A DNA stretch of 64,000 bases from Candidatus Poribacteria bacterium (GTDB lineage Bacteria > Poribacteria > WGA-4E > WGA-3G): NCBI GenBank assembly GCA_022824835.1, contig JAJDZB010000023.1:14461-78460 (forward strand), in the 5' to 3' direction. This document shows, piece by piece, positions 8,895-18,040 of this stretch (position 1 is its first letter; every line of letters starts with the position of its first letter). The translations under genes were made by a program, and so were the position numbers. The notes beneath the pieces are model-generated. The model worked only from the letters and a program-made list of their open reading frames with translations, did no database searches and was not told the origin of the DNA.

Positions 8895-10723
8895 GTTTCC
8901 GATCAACCTTTCTCATAATTGTAACGCTAACGATAGTTGCAGTATGTTATTTTCTATTCTTTAACAAGCCTCTTGATGACAGTGCAAAAAGCGAGAAACC
9001 GAGGATCTTTCAAGTATACGATATACCCGCTGAAGAAATTAATAAAATCCAAATCTCTTTCTCAGATGAATCTTTTCAGAAGTTTACTATTGAGAAAAAC
9101 GATAAGAATACCTACATGTTTACAGCACCTATCAATGCACATGCAGATAACGAAAAGGTCAAGTTACTGTTAGATGATTTTCTCAATAAACGCATCAGGA
9201 AAACCCTTAACGTATCAGATTATGTGCAATACGGTTTAGGTGAACCTACGATAACTATTCAACTATGGAAAAACCCATCAAGTGAGCCGAAAACCTTTTT
9301 TATTGGACAAAGAGGTGTAAATTTTTCTGTCTATATTAAAGAGAAGTCAGAAAAGCATGTATTTCAGATTGAATCCAGTGCGCTTGATGACCTGTCAAAG
9401 TCCCCATCAGATTTACGTGATAAAGCAATATTTACGTATGATCCTGACGCAATCACAGAAATCAAGTTTGAAAAACCTGAACAGATACACTGTATGAAAG
9501 AGGGTGATAGATGGGTCATGACACTTCCACTCTCGGAAAACGCTGATACACAGAGAATTCAACACATACTTAGTGAGTTAAGTAAAGCACAAGTCCTCTC
9601 GTTTGAAGCAGATGGTGAAGATGTAGCACCCTTGTTAGATAAATACGGGTTAAAGAAACCACGTATCGTGTTTTCACTAAGTGATGAGAAAACGACTTAC
9701 GGACTCAAAATAGGATCAGATGACCGTTCTGCTGAAAATTATGAGGGGGCATATAGAAAAGTCTATGCACAGTCAATACATCAAGGTGGCATATTTAAAA
9801 TATCAGGCAAAATTGTCCAAATTCTAAACAGATCAGTATTTGATTTACGTGATAAACGCTTGATTGATTTTCAGAGAACGGATACAACGAAGTTTGAAAT
9901 TCAATATGGGACACAGAAGTTAGAAGGCATCAAACTGGGTCAGGATAGATGGCAACTCAACACCCCGAAAAAACGCAAAGCAGATCCAGTAGCTGTTAGC
10001 GATCTACTTTTCGGTGTAGACTCACTGAAAGCTGTAACGTTTGTATCGGACGGAACAAATAAGCTGAGAAAGTTTGGTTTGGACCCACCAAGAATGCAGG
10101 TCTCATTCACGGTACAGGGGGAAAATGAGCCTGCTGTTCTTCTCATCGGAAAGAATACAAATAACGACACAGTATACGTGAAAGCAAAAAACAGTGAAAA
10201 AGTCGCCACTGTTAAACGGAACCTAATAGATAATATCTTTAAAGGTGCTGCATGGCTAAGAGATAAAAAAATATTTCATTTTAGTATTGAAGATCCAACC
10301 CGTTTAACAGTAAAATATAATGACGAAAAAGAACCGGATAAAAGTCTCAATTTCACATGTCAACGTCTCGGTAGTGAGTGGAGAATAACTTCACCCGTTA
10401 AAGAAAATGCAAACAGTGCAGCAGTCAATGAAATTCTATACGAAATGATTGACCTAAATGCGGATGAGTTTATTTCTGGAACATTGATGGATAACAAAAA
10501 CAGACTTACAAGTGATAAAACAGGTCTGAATTCACCAGTCATACAAATTACAGTAGAATTGAAGTCAAAAAACTTACAATCAATTCAGATAGGCAAAGCT
10601 GATTCAACGGGACGTTATCATGCACGTCTAAGCAATGATCCGAATCAGATTTTCATGATTAACTCAGAAGTAATTCCGAGATTAAAAGCACAACTTAATT
10701 GGCTTCGCACGACAGAGAATTAA
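8891..10723 (+). CDS. DUF4340-type repeat protein, third gene of the GldF/GldG-like operon
   Basis: GTG at 8891 overlaps the gldG-like TGA and is preceded by GGAGG. The product has an N-terminal transmembrane helix and repeated ~90 aa beta-rich modules, the usual architecture found after GldG. Confidence 0.5.
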   Translation: MSFRSTFLIIVTLTIVAVCYFLFFNKPLDDSAKSEKPRIFQVYDIPAEEINKIQISFSDESFQKFTIEKNDKNTYMFTAPINAHADNEKVKLLLDDFLNKRIRKTLNVSDYVQYGLGEPTITIQLWKNPSSEPKTFFIGQRGVNFSVYIKEKSEKHVFQIESSALDDLSKSPSDLRDKAIFTYDPDAITEIKFEKPEQIHCMKEGDRWVMTLPLSENADTQRIQHILSELSKAQVLSFEADGEDVAPLLDKYGLKKPRIVFSLSDEKTTYGLKIGSDDRSAENYEGAYRKVYAQSIHQGGIFKISGKIVQILNRSVFDLRDKRLIDFQRTDTTKFEIQYGTQKLEGIKLGQDRWQLNTPKKRKADPVAVSDLLFGVDSLKAVTFVSDGTNKLRKFGLDPPRMQVSFTVQGENEPAVLLIGKNTNNDTVYVKAKNSEKVATVKRNLIDNIFKGAAWLRDKKIFHFSIEDPTRLTVKYNDEKEPDKSLNFTCQRLGSEWRITSPVKENANSAAVNEILYEMIDLNADEFISGTLMDNKNRLTSDKTGLNSPVIQITVELKSKNLQSIQIGKADSTGRYHARLSNDPNQIFMINSEVIPRLKAQLNWLRTTEN

Positions 10724-10941
10724 ATACTTGGAAGTCAACTACCCTAAGCTAAAGCATAGGGCTTGTGTATAGCGTAGCCAAACGTTCCCTGCATAGGACT
10801 AAACGGTTTTCTACAGTAAAATATCGGGTATTCTGGGCGTGGCAGCCCAGAGTATGTTTCGGATGCTCCCCAAGTCCGATTCCGCTACGAATACCTGATC
10901 TGGATGGGGAAACATACAACCCGTAAGGGAGATTACAAACT
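10724..10941 (+). ncRNA. Candidate omega-RNA (OMEGA guide-RNA scaffold) of the downstream IsrB
   Basis: 218 nt non-coding leader directly upstream of, and abutting, the isrB start. It contains local hairpins such as CTGGGC-gtggca-GCCCAG. The position and size fit IscB/IsrB omega-RNAs. There is no covariance evidence available. Confidence 0.4.
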
Positions 10942-11967
10942 GTGTTTGTTCCAGTAAAAAGTAAGTCTGGCAATCAAGTAATGCCGACAAATCCTAACAA
11001 AGCAGGTGTGCTAATCAAAAAAGGATTAGCAACACCTTATTGGTCTAACGGTATCTTTTGCATTCGGCTCAATTACGAAACAGAAGAATACACACAGGAT
11101 ATAGCAGTAGGTGTTGATCCTGGTTCAAAGAAAGAAGGATTTACAGTAAAGTCTGCATCTCATACCTATCTGAATGTGCAAGCAGATGCCCATAACAAGG
11201 TTGGTGACAAGATTGAAAAGCGACGTGAACTTCGTAGAAGTAGACGTACCCGTAAATGCCCGAATCGTAAGAATAAGACTAACCGTCTTGCTAACAGAGA
11301 ACGCATCCCAGCAGGCACACGTGCAAGATGGGATTGGAAACTACGAATACTTGAATGGCTGTCAAACCTTTATCCTATCAGCCATGTATGTGTAGAAGAT
11401 ATTAAGGCAGGGACACATAAAGGTGCTAAAAAGTGGAATCAAAGTTTTAGTCCCCTTGAAGTTGGTAAGCAATGGTTCTATACTGGAATCAAAAAACGGT
11501 GGAAGTTGCTGACACTACAAGGATGGGAAACAAAAGAGATTAGAGATAGATTGGGTCTCAAGAAGTCCAATAAGAAGTTATCAGAAACGTTTGATACACA
11601 TTGTGTTGATAGTTGGTGCTTAGCACATCATACAGTTGGTGGCGATAGTATTCCTGATAACACAGATATATTCTGCGTTTCACCTATACCGATTAAGCGT
11701 AGATGTTTGCATAGAAAGCAAGAATCTAAGGGCAGAAGACGGACTAGATATGGTGGCACTATCTTAAAGGATGGATTAGTCAAAAACACATTGGTCAAAC
11801 ATATTAGATATGGACTGACTCGACTGTCAGGTGTTAATGCCAAAGGTTTATTTTCACTTTACGATATGTGCGGGCAACGATTAACGACCAGTGCCAAACG
11901 CACAGATTTTCAAGTGCTTACACGTATGAATTTTCAATATAGGAGCGGGCATTCCTCCCCGTGCTAA
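10942..11967 (+). CDS. isrB: IsrB, the HNH-less IscB-family RuvC-like nuclease (OMEGA effector)
   Basis: The N-terminal PLMP-like domain is VFVPVKSKSGNQVMPTNPNKAGVLIKKGLA. RuvC-I is IAVGVDPGSKKEGFTV. The Arg-rich bridge helix RRELRRSRRTRKCPNRK carries the RRXRR motif. RuvC-II is HVCVEDIKAG and RuvC-III is THCVDSWCLAHH. There is no CxxC...HH HNH insert. It is 341 aa with a GTG start. Confidence 0.75.
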   Translation: MFVPVKSKSGNQVMPTNPNKAGVLIKKGLATPYWSNGIFCIRLNYETEEYTQDIAVGVDPGSKKEGFTVKSASHTYLNVQADAHNKVGDKIEKRRELRRSRRTRKCPNRKNKTNRLANRERIPAGTRARWDWKLRILEWLSNLYPISHVCVEDIKAGTHKGAKKWNQSFSPLEVGKQWFYTGIKKRWKLLTLQGWETKEIRDRLGLKKSNKKLSETFDTHCVDSWCLAHHTVGGDSIPDNTDIFCVSPIPIKRRCLHRKQESKGRRRTRYGGTILKDGLVKNTLVKHIRYGLTRLSGVNAKGLFSLYDMCGQRLTTSAKRTDFQVLTRMNFQYRSGHSSPC

Positions 11968-12004
11968 AGCAGCGAGGTCTCCTGCCCGAAGACTGATAAA
12001 TACC

Positions 12005-13207
12005 ATGACGACTTATATTCTTGTCATTACTTACATTCTCTTTATTCTTGAAATGTTGTTGGTTAGTCCATCTTTTTTCTATACACGACGTGAACGGAAA
12101 ACCAATAGACCCGCATATACGCCAAAAGTAGCGATTATTGCACCTCACTACGGTTGGGATAACGAAACAGCTGAACATGTAAAAACCCTACTTGATCAGG
12201 ATTACGAAGGAGACTTTACAATACACTTCGTTACACACGATAAAGTCGGTACGGGGTACGATGTGTCATATCCACATTTACAAGAAATTGCAGAAGATGT
12301 CCACAACGCGGATGTCCAATTAGCACCTAATATCGTTGATAACAACCTACCACGTTCACAGAAAGTTCAGAACCTTATCACAGTGATAGAGAGTTTACCC
12401 GAAGATGTAGAAGTAATTGCATTTGTAGATGCTGATGTAGCAATTCAGATCGACTGGCTACGTCTTCTCGTGACACCACTCCAAGACGACACAATTGGCG
12501 CGACCGTTGGCGGCAGATTCTATTTTCCACAAACATGGAATTTCGCATCACTCGTTGAAGCCACTTGGGTCAATTTTCAGATGTCATTACAACGAGACCA
12601 TTGGCTCACAATGGTATGGGGTGGTTCTAACGCTTTTCGTCGTGAACTACTTGAAAAAGGACAAATACTGGAACGTTGGGAACATGCCACAATCGAAGAT
12701 CTAAACACAACCCGTGCAGTGCGAGATGTCAAGCTTAAAATTCATTTTGTACCCGATTGTGTTGCAGTCACCAGGACTACAAATCGCACATGGAAACAGA
12801 TACTTGAATTCACAAATAGACAGATGATAATGACGAAGCACATGGGGTTATGGGCACAATGGTTCGGTAGTTTATTTCTCTTCTTACCAAAAGCAGTTCT
12901 GATTTTTGGCGCGATTCCATTTATTGGCATACAACCGGGACTACTACCCGTTGTTTTCATACCCTTTCTTGAGGCGATGAGTTTCGGTCTCTGTAGTCGA
13001 AATCTCCCCAAGTGGCTTCGAGACATGCCAAGGGTTCAGGACACACTCCGCATTAGTAAATACGCTGCACCATTTGGCATTATCCTTGCCGGTATCAACG
13101 CATTTTATGCAATATTTCAACGAAAAATCGTATGGGGAGGCGTCGAATACAAGATTCTGTCTGCTACGACATGCAGAGTATTAGGTCCAGTGAAAAAGGT
13201 TGAATAG
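12005..13207 (+). CDS. Membrane-bound family-2 glycosyltransferase (GT2/GT21-like)
   Basis: DxD-type motif FVDADV. Transmembrane helices at both the N- and C-termini. General similarity to ceramide-glucosyltransferase-like and hopanoid-associated GT2 enzymes. Confidence 0.55.
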   Translation: MTTYILVITYILFILEMLLVSPSFFYTRRERKTNRPAYTPKVAIIAPHYGWDNETAEHVKTLLDQDYEGDFTIHFVTHDKVGTGYDVSYPHLQEIAEDVHNADVQLAPNIVDNNLPRSQKVQNLITVIESLPEDVEVIAFVDADVAIQIDWLRLLVTPLQDDTIGATVGGRFYFPQTWNFASLVEATWVNFQMSLQRDHWLTMVWGGSNAFRRELLEKGQILERWEHATIEDLNTTRAVRDVKLKIHFVPDCVAVTRTTNRTWKQILEFTNRQMIMTKHMGLWAQWFGSLFLFLPKAVLIFGAIPFIGIQPGLLPVVFIPFLEAMSFGLCSRNLPKWLRDMPRVQDTLRISKYAAPFGIILAGINAFYAIFQRKIVWGGVEYKILSATTCRVLGPVKKVE

Positions 13208-13291
13208 CCTCTTAAATTAACTGACAACTTAAAACAAACTTGCTTTTTTTCTGAAAATGTGGAATAGTATACAGTACATTAGGAGAGAAAT

Positions 13292-13711
13292 ATGGATACA
13301 GAGAAAATAACCAAATCTGACAAAGAATGGAAAGACCAACTTTCACCTGAAGAATATAAGGTTACCCGAAAAAAGGGAACTGAACCTGCTTTTTCAGGGC
13401 AATATCATGATTGTAAAGAGCAAGGCACATACCACTGCATCTGTTGTGGGAGTCCACTTTTTACATCACAGACAAAATACGATTCTGGTACTGGATGGCC
13501 CAGTTTTTGGGACCCAGTTGCACCTGAAAATGTTAAGACAAAAGCAGATTTCAGTATCTTTTTCATGCCACGCACAGAAATTGTATGTAGTCGGTGTGAC
13601 GCACATCTTGGACACGTATTCAACGACGGTCCAGAACCGACAGGAAAAAGGTATTGTCTCAATTCCGTAGCACTTACACTTATTAAATCTGGTGAAGAAA
13701 ACGAAGTATAA
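13292..13711 (+). CDS. msrB: Peptide-methionine (R)-S-oxide reductase MsrB
   Basis: Zinc motifs CxxC...CxxC and the catalytic region GTGWPSF...RCDAHLGHVFNDGP. Confidence 0.85.
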   Translation: MDTEKITKSDKEWKDQLSPEEYKVTRKKGTEPAFSGQYHDCKEQGTYHCICCGSPLFTSQTKYDSGTGWPSFWDPVAPENVKTKADFSIFFMPRTEIVCSRCDAHLGHVFNDGPEPTGKRYCLNSVALTLIKSGEENEV

Positions 13712-13725
13712 CAAAAGGAGTATAA

Positions 13726-14946
13726 ATGGCACTAAGGAGTAGAGTTTCATCGCGGTTTCTTGTAAATCAACTTGCAACCGCGGTAAAAGAGGACTGGAGC
13801 ACATCGCGCAAATTCATGCGATACCAACTGGCAAAAGAAACCTTCAACATGCGGCACCCATTCGGGGCAAAACACGGTAAAGGGGACGATATCCAGTTAG
13901 TGAGTCTTCGCATAACAGATATGTGTAACCTCCGTTGTCATTCTTGTGGTCAATGGGGAGATAACGGATACCTGCTCGGTAAATCTCTCAAAGAACTGAA
14001 ACAACGCGAAGTCCCAGTAGAAATATATAAAAACCTTGTTGATCAAATAGTTGATGAAGGTTGGTCCCCTGTCTGGTATATTTGGGGTGGTGAACCTATG
14101 CTATATCCCGGCATCATAGAATTAATGCATTATATCAAGGAGAAAGGGATGCCTATCTCTCTTGTAAGTAACGCAACCAACATTGCCAGAAAAGCAGATG
14201 ATATACTGGAAACCTGCAAAATAATTTACCTTAGCGTAGATGGTCCAGATGAGGACATTCATAACACGCAACGTCCCGGTGTGTCAAAAAACTACGACAA
14301 CTTCAAGGATGTAAAAGCAGCATTGGAAACGTTAAGTGCTGAGAAGGAACGTCGGAACGTCTCATTTCCATACATAATTCCGCTCAGTTGTGTCACGATG
14401 TATAACATTGACGTTGTAGTTGACCTATATAAGTTCACCAGTCAATTCGCAGACGCACAGATATTCTATCTCACATGGTGGATAGATGCCGAATCAGCTC
14501 AGGAACATTCAGAGGACTTTGAGAGCCGTTTCGGCTTCAAACCGCAAACGCACTTTGGATGGATAGGAACTTGGAAAGACTTTGATCACGGTGTCATCTT
14601 AGACCGGTTTGCGGAGATGGAAAAGTTGTCTGATGAACAGAAACGATGTCCACCTGTTATGATGCCGAGATTGAATTCAAAAGGTGAAATACAGCGATAC
14701 TATACCGAACATCAAGAAACCTTCGGATACAACCAATGTGTCAGCATCTACATGACATTAGAAATTGACAGCAATGGCGATGTCAGTTTATGTAGAGACT
14801 ACCACGACTACATCATCGGCAACATCAAAGATGACAAGGTCGTTGACATGTGGAACAACCAAAAAGCATTGAAATTCCGTCAGTCAATAAGCAGCGATGG
14901 TCCAATGCCGGTCTGTCGCCGTTGTTGTGGATTAATGGGATTCTAA
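13726..14946 (+). CDS. Radical-SAM protein with a SPASM domain, similar to anaerobic sulfatase-maturating enzymes
   Basis: The CNLRCHSCGQWG segment gives CX3CX2C. The C-terminal SNGDVSLCRDYHDYIIGNIKDDKVVDMWNN...PVCRRCCG is SPASM-like. Confidence 0.7.
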   Translation: MALRSRVSSRFLVNQLATAVKEDWSTSRKFMRYQLAKETFNMRHPFGAKHGKGDDIQLVSLRITDMCNLRCHSCGQWGDNGYLLGKSLKELKQREVPVEIYKNLVDQIVDEGWSPVWYIWGGEPMLYPGIIELMHYIKEKGMPISLVSNATNIARKADDILETCKIIYLSVDGPDEDIHNTQRPGVSKNYDNFKDVKAALETLSAEKERRNVSFPYIIPLSCVTMYNIDVVVDLYKFTSQFADAQIFYLTWWIDAESAQEHSEDFESRFGFKPQTHFGWIGTWKDFDHGVILDRFAEMEKLSDEQKRCPPVMMPRLNSKGEIQRYYTEHQETFGYNQCVSIYMTLEIDSNGDVSLCRDYHDYIIGNIKDDKVVDMWNNQKALKFRQSISSDGPMPVCRRCCGLMGF

Positions 14947-14960
14947 TTGCGGTTCTTCTG

Positions 14961-15040
14961 GCACTCCAGCGGAGTGCTATGTCTATAGAAATAGGATAAG
15001 GTCTTTCTTGCACTCCAGCGGAGTGCTATGTCTATAGAAA
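14961..15040. repeat. Two tandem copies of the hairpin repeat GCACTCCAGCGGAGTGC-TATGTCTATAGAAAT
   Basis: Seen directly. The same unit recurs at 27651-27730 and, inverted, at 2086-2158. Confidence 0.8.
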
Positions 15041-15099
15041 TATGTGAAAACAGCAAAACGATAGGTAAATAACACAATTTGTGAGGAAAGAAAGAATAT

Positions 15100-15963
15100 A
15101 TGAAAATAGGATTACGTATACCCGGCACCGCACGTCAGATGCCATTTCCAGACTTCTGTAAATGGTGTGCGGACAACGGATTTGAAGCAATTGACATTGG
15201 TGAAGTAACCCCTGAGATCGTAAAATCAGCACGAGATGCAGGATTAGAGATCGGGTCAGCAGATTTACCCGGCACCCGCGAACTCCTCAGCGCAAAAAAA
15301 TCAACCCAGAAATCAGGTGCAGAAAAAGCAAAAGCAGCAATACAGGCAGCAGCTGATAACGATGTTCACATTATGTTCTGTGTTTTTGTGCCTGAAGATG
15401 CAAGTCTTGGGCGCGGTAAAAACTTTGATATATGGAAAGACACCGTTCCACCCATAGCAGAATTTGCAGCTTCAAAGGGCGTTACCATAGCAGTTGAAGG
15501 TTGGCCCGGTGGTGCACCAACGTATCCCGCCCTTGGCTGTACACCTGAAATGTGGCGTGCCATGTTTGCAGAATGTTCACCAGAAGGATTAGGACTTAAC
15601 TATGACCCTTCACATCTTGTCAGAATAGGGATTGACCCTATTCGTGCACTCTATGAATTTGCGTCTTCCGTGAAACATGTGCACGGAAAGGATACCGCTA
15701 TTGACGAGGAAGCTCTATACCTACACGGAAATTTAGGACCGAGTTTTCACAGTCCACGCGGTTTCGGTGAAGACTGGTGGCGTTACACAATCCCTGGTGA
15801 TGGTGTAGTCGACTGGTTAAGAGTCGTTCAGATTTTGGAAGATGAAGGTTTTGATGGCATCGTCAGCGTTGAGCTTGAGGATTACCGTTACTGGCGAACC
15901 TGGGAAGCAGAATCTGACGGACTAATAAGGTCCCATGAATTCTTGTCCTGTTTTGTGCGATAA
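15100..15963 (+). CDS. Sugar-phosphate isomerase/epimerase (xylose-isomerase-like TIM barrel)
   Basis: 287 aa with the typical AP-endonuclease-2/TIM-barrel pattern (HVHGKD...E...). Paralogues lie at 38554, 56612 and 57422. Confidence 0.65.
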   Translation: MKIGLRIPGTARQMPFPDFCKWCADNGFEAIDIGEVTPEIVKSARDAGLEIGSADLPGTRELLSAKKSTQKSGAEKAKAAIQAAADNDVHIMFCVFVPEDASLGRGKNFDIWKDTVPPIAEFAASKGVTIAVEGWPGGAPTYPALGCTPEMWRAMFAECSPEGLGLNYDPSHLVRIGIDPIRALYEFASSVKHVHGKDTAIDEEALYLHGNLGPSFHSPRGFGEDWWRYTIPGDGVVDWLRVVQILEDEGFDGIVSVELEDYRYWRTWEAESDGLIRSHEFLSCFVR

Positions 15964-15971
15964 ATTACTAA

Positions 15972-16196
15972 ATGAATAAACTAAAGATGACATATTTTGA
16001 TACAGAAGATATTTTATATCTTCTGTATTCTGAAGGGCCTCAAAGTGGTAGCTTGGAATTAACGCCTGATATCACTGCTGATTTAAATGAGAACGGTAAT
16101 CTCATAGGTATTGAAATACTTAATGCCAGCAGTTTTATTGAGGGTGTTATATTAGAAGGTAAATTAGCAAAAGAGTTAACACTTGCCGAGTCCTAA
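15972..16196 (+). CDS. DUF2283-family small protein
   Basis: 74 aa with MNKLKMTYFDTEDILYL...IGIEILNAS. It is ~75% identical at the DNA level to the second copy at 18036-18227. Confidence 0.6.
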   Translation: MNKLKMTYFDTEDILYLLYSEGPQSGSLELTPDITADLNENGNLIGIEILNASSFIEGVILEGKLAKELTLAES

Positions 16197-16240
16197 TTGA
16201 CTGATAATTAATGTCAGTAGGTTTATATACTGTGCTAAAA

Positions 16241-16337
16241 TAGGTTGAGCTTGAGGATTAATGTTGTTGGCGAACATGGGAAGCAGAATCTGATGGTTTG
16301 CTGCGTTCTCACGAATTTCTTTCCTGCTTTATTCGAT
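16241..16337 (+). pseudogene. Decayed duplicate of the 3' end of the isomerase gene at 15100-15963
   Basis: 16241-16337 matches 15871-15963 at ~85% identity. It translates as VELED*CCWRTWEAESDGLLRSHEFLSCFIR*, against VELEDYRYWRTWEAESDGLIRSHEFLSCFVR* in the intact gene. Confidence 0.7.
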
Positions 16338-16413
16338 AAAAACTCTTTACTTAATTTCTGATATACTGTGAGGGGAAAACTCCATAAAATATTAAAAGGA
16401 AAAGGAGACTTTA

Positions 16414-16965
16414 ATGTTTAGCAAAACTTTAGTAATGTTTGGGATATTGTTATTTTTAGTATCTTTGTTTACAGGATGTACTAGTTTGGTAAATAGCATA
16501 TCAGAAGAAGAGAAGTTTGCAGAAACTATGAATGCATGGAAAGGACATCATATTTCAGGTGTTATTCAAAGATTGGGGCCGCCTGATAATGTAGTTTCTG
16601 ATGAAGCGGGGGGTAAGATTTATGTGTGGATTGAACACAAACAAACGTCTGTTCCTCAATATAGTTATGAGTCTGTTCCTCAAAATAATCCAATTTATGT
16701 GCCTCCAGTCACTCTACCACAACGCACGACCACAAAAGGTGAAATGCGTTGGAATCCATATTTAGAAAAATGGGAATGGAAATCAGAATCCACTACGCAG
16801 TCAAAAAACACACCGGATCCTCTTGGAGCAATCCTGAAGGCTCAATCTACTACTCCTCAGAAACGATTAGTAACAAAATATGCAACAAGTACAAGGAGTT
16901 CTCATCTTATGTTTTTTGCTCGACATAATGGCACAATTTATCATTGGAATCTTATAAAAAAATAA
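16414..16965 (+). CDS. Hypothetical lipoprotein
   Basis: Signal peptide with a lipobox (LFTGC). GGAGA Shine-Dalgarno site. No motif I recognise. Confidence 0.5.
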   Translation: MFSKTLVMFGILLFLVSLFTGCTSLVNSISEEEKFAETMNAWKGHHISGVIQRLGPPDNVVSDEAGGKIYVWIEHKQTSVPQYSYESVPQNNPIYVPPVTLPQRTTTKGEMRWNPYLEKWEWKSESTTQSKNTPDPLGAILKAQSTTPQKRLVTKYATSTRSSHLMFFARHNGTIYHWNLIKK

Positions 16966-17101
16966 AATCTTGATTGAATTGGTAAGAGCGAATACTATAA
17001 GTGTTACCAAACGTATACATTTGGATGCATTTATAAATGAAAGCAATTTTCGGTTCCATTAAGTAAAACTGTCTGCTCCTAAGGGAATTCTTGGAGTAAT
17101 A

Positions 17102-18040
17102 ATGCCTATATTTAAATTAGAAGGTGAAAATACTAACTCAAAGCTTATCCTTGCCAAGGCAACAAACTTGGAATTTGAAAGCGATCTGGAGGATTGGCTT
17201 GAGAATAGTCCTTGGGCACTGGTTCAAGACGAACTTATTCTCTGGGTTGATAGACAACCAAAAGCTAAAGAAGAAGAGAGTACAATCTTCCCTGACCTGC
17301 TTGGTGTTGATGCTGAAGGAAATCTTGTCATTGTTGAATTCAAAAGAGGAAAAACTCCACGGAAGGTTGTAGCACAACTTCTTGAGTATGCAGCTTGGGC
17401 AAAAAAACTCTCTGAAGAAGATATTCAGGAAATTAGCGGGAAATACTTTGAGAAACGTGAGGAATTCAGAGGAAAACATTTTAACGAAGTATTTAAGAAA
17501 GTTTTTGAGATCCCTGATAATGATGATGTTCCACCGTTAAAACATAACCTACGTTTGTTTATCGTAGCTGAAGAAATTACAGACAGAATTGTGAGTGTTT
17601 GTCGATTTCTTCGAACTTCATATAGAATTGATATTAGTTGTATATCGGTTTCACTATTCCAAACTGATGAATTTGGAGAAAAGTTCGTCAGCATGGAAAC
17701 TAAAGTTGGAGATGAAAACCTATTTGCACCTGCGCCTATTGTCGCAGACGGTCCTAAGATCATAGAAGTAGTCCGTGAAGCAATAAAGGAGATAACGGGA
17801 GAGAAAACAAACGTTGAATTTGCACCAAAAGATGTAAAGAAAATATTATCAGAAAAATATCCTGGTTTCAAGTTAGCAGGTGTGAATTTTAACATAGGTA
17901 CGGACACTGTAAATCAGAATACGTATGATGTCATTCCTAAATCTGAACGGAAATTATGGCGAGTAGCTCAAGGAAAGTATCGTCTGCATGATCCAGAAAA
18001 GGACAAAGTGGAAGGTAATGGGATACCAACCGATGAATAA
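17102..18040 (+). CDS. PD-(D/E)xK nuclease-fold protein (NucS/DUF91-like motif)
   Basis: PDLLGVDAEGNLVIVEFKRGK gives D...D...ExK, followed by VVAQLLEYAAW. This is characteristic of restriction-endonuclease-like fold nucleases. Confidence 0.5.
   Translation: MPIFKLEGENTNSKLILAKATNLEFESDLEDWLENSPWALVQDELILWVDRQPKAKEEESTIFPDLLGVDAEGNLVIVEFKRGKTPRKVVAQLLEYAAWAKKLSEEDIQEISGKYFEKREEFRGKHFNEVFKKVFEIPDNDDVPPLKHNLRLFIVAEEITDRIVSVCRFLRTSYRIDISCISVSLFQTDEFGEKFVSMETKVGDENLFAPAPIVADGPKIIEVVREAIKEITGEKTNVEFAPKDVKKILSEKYPGFKLAGVNFNIGTDTVNQNTYDVIPKSERKLWRVAQGKYRLHDPEKDKVEGNGIPTDE

Noticed and set aside
10724-10941. Possibility that the leader upstream of isrB is just a promoter and 5'UTR
   Set aside because: This is not fully rejected. 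It is kept as a candidate omega-RNA because IscB and IsrB genes are almost always preceded by their guide-RNA scaffold, and the region has several stable local hairpins. Confidence is only moderate without covariance support.
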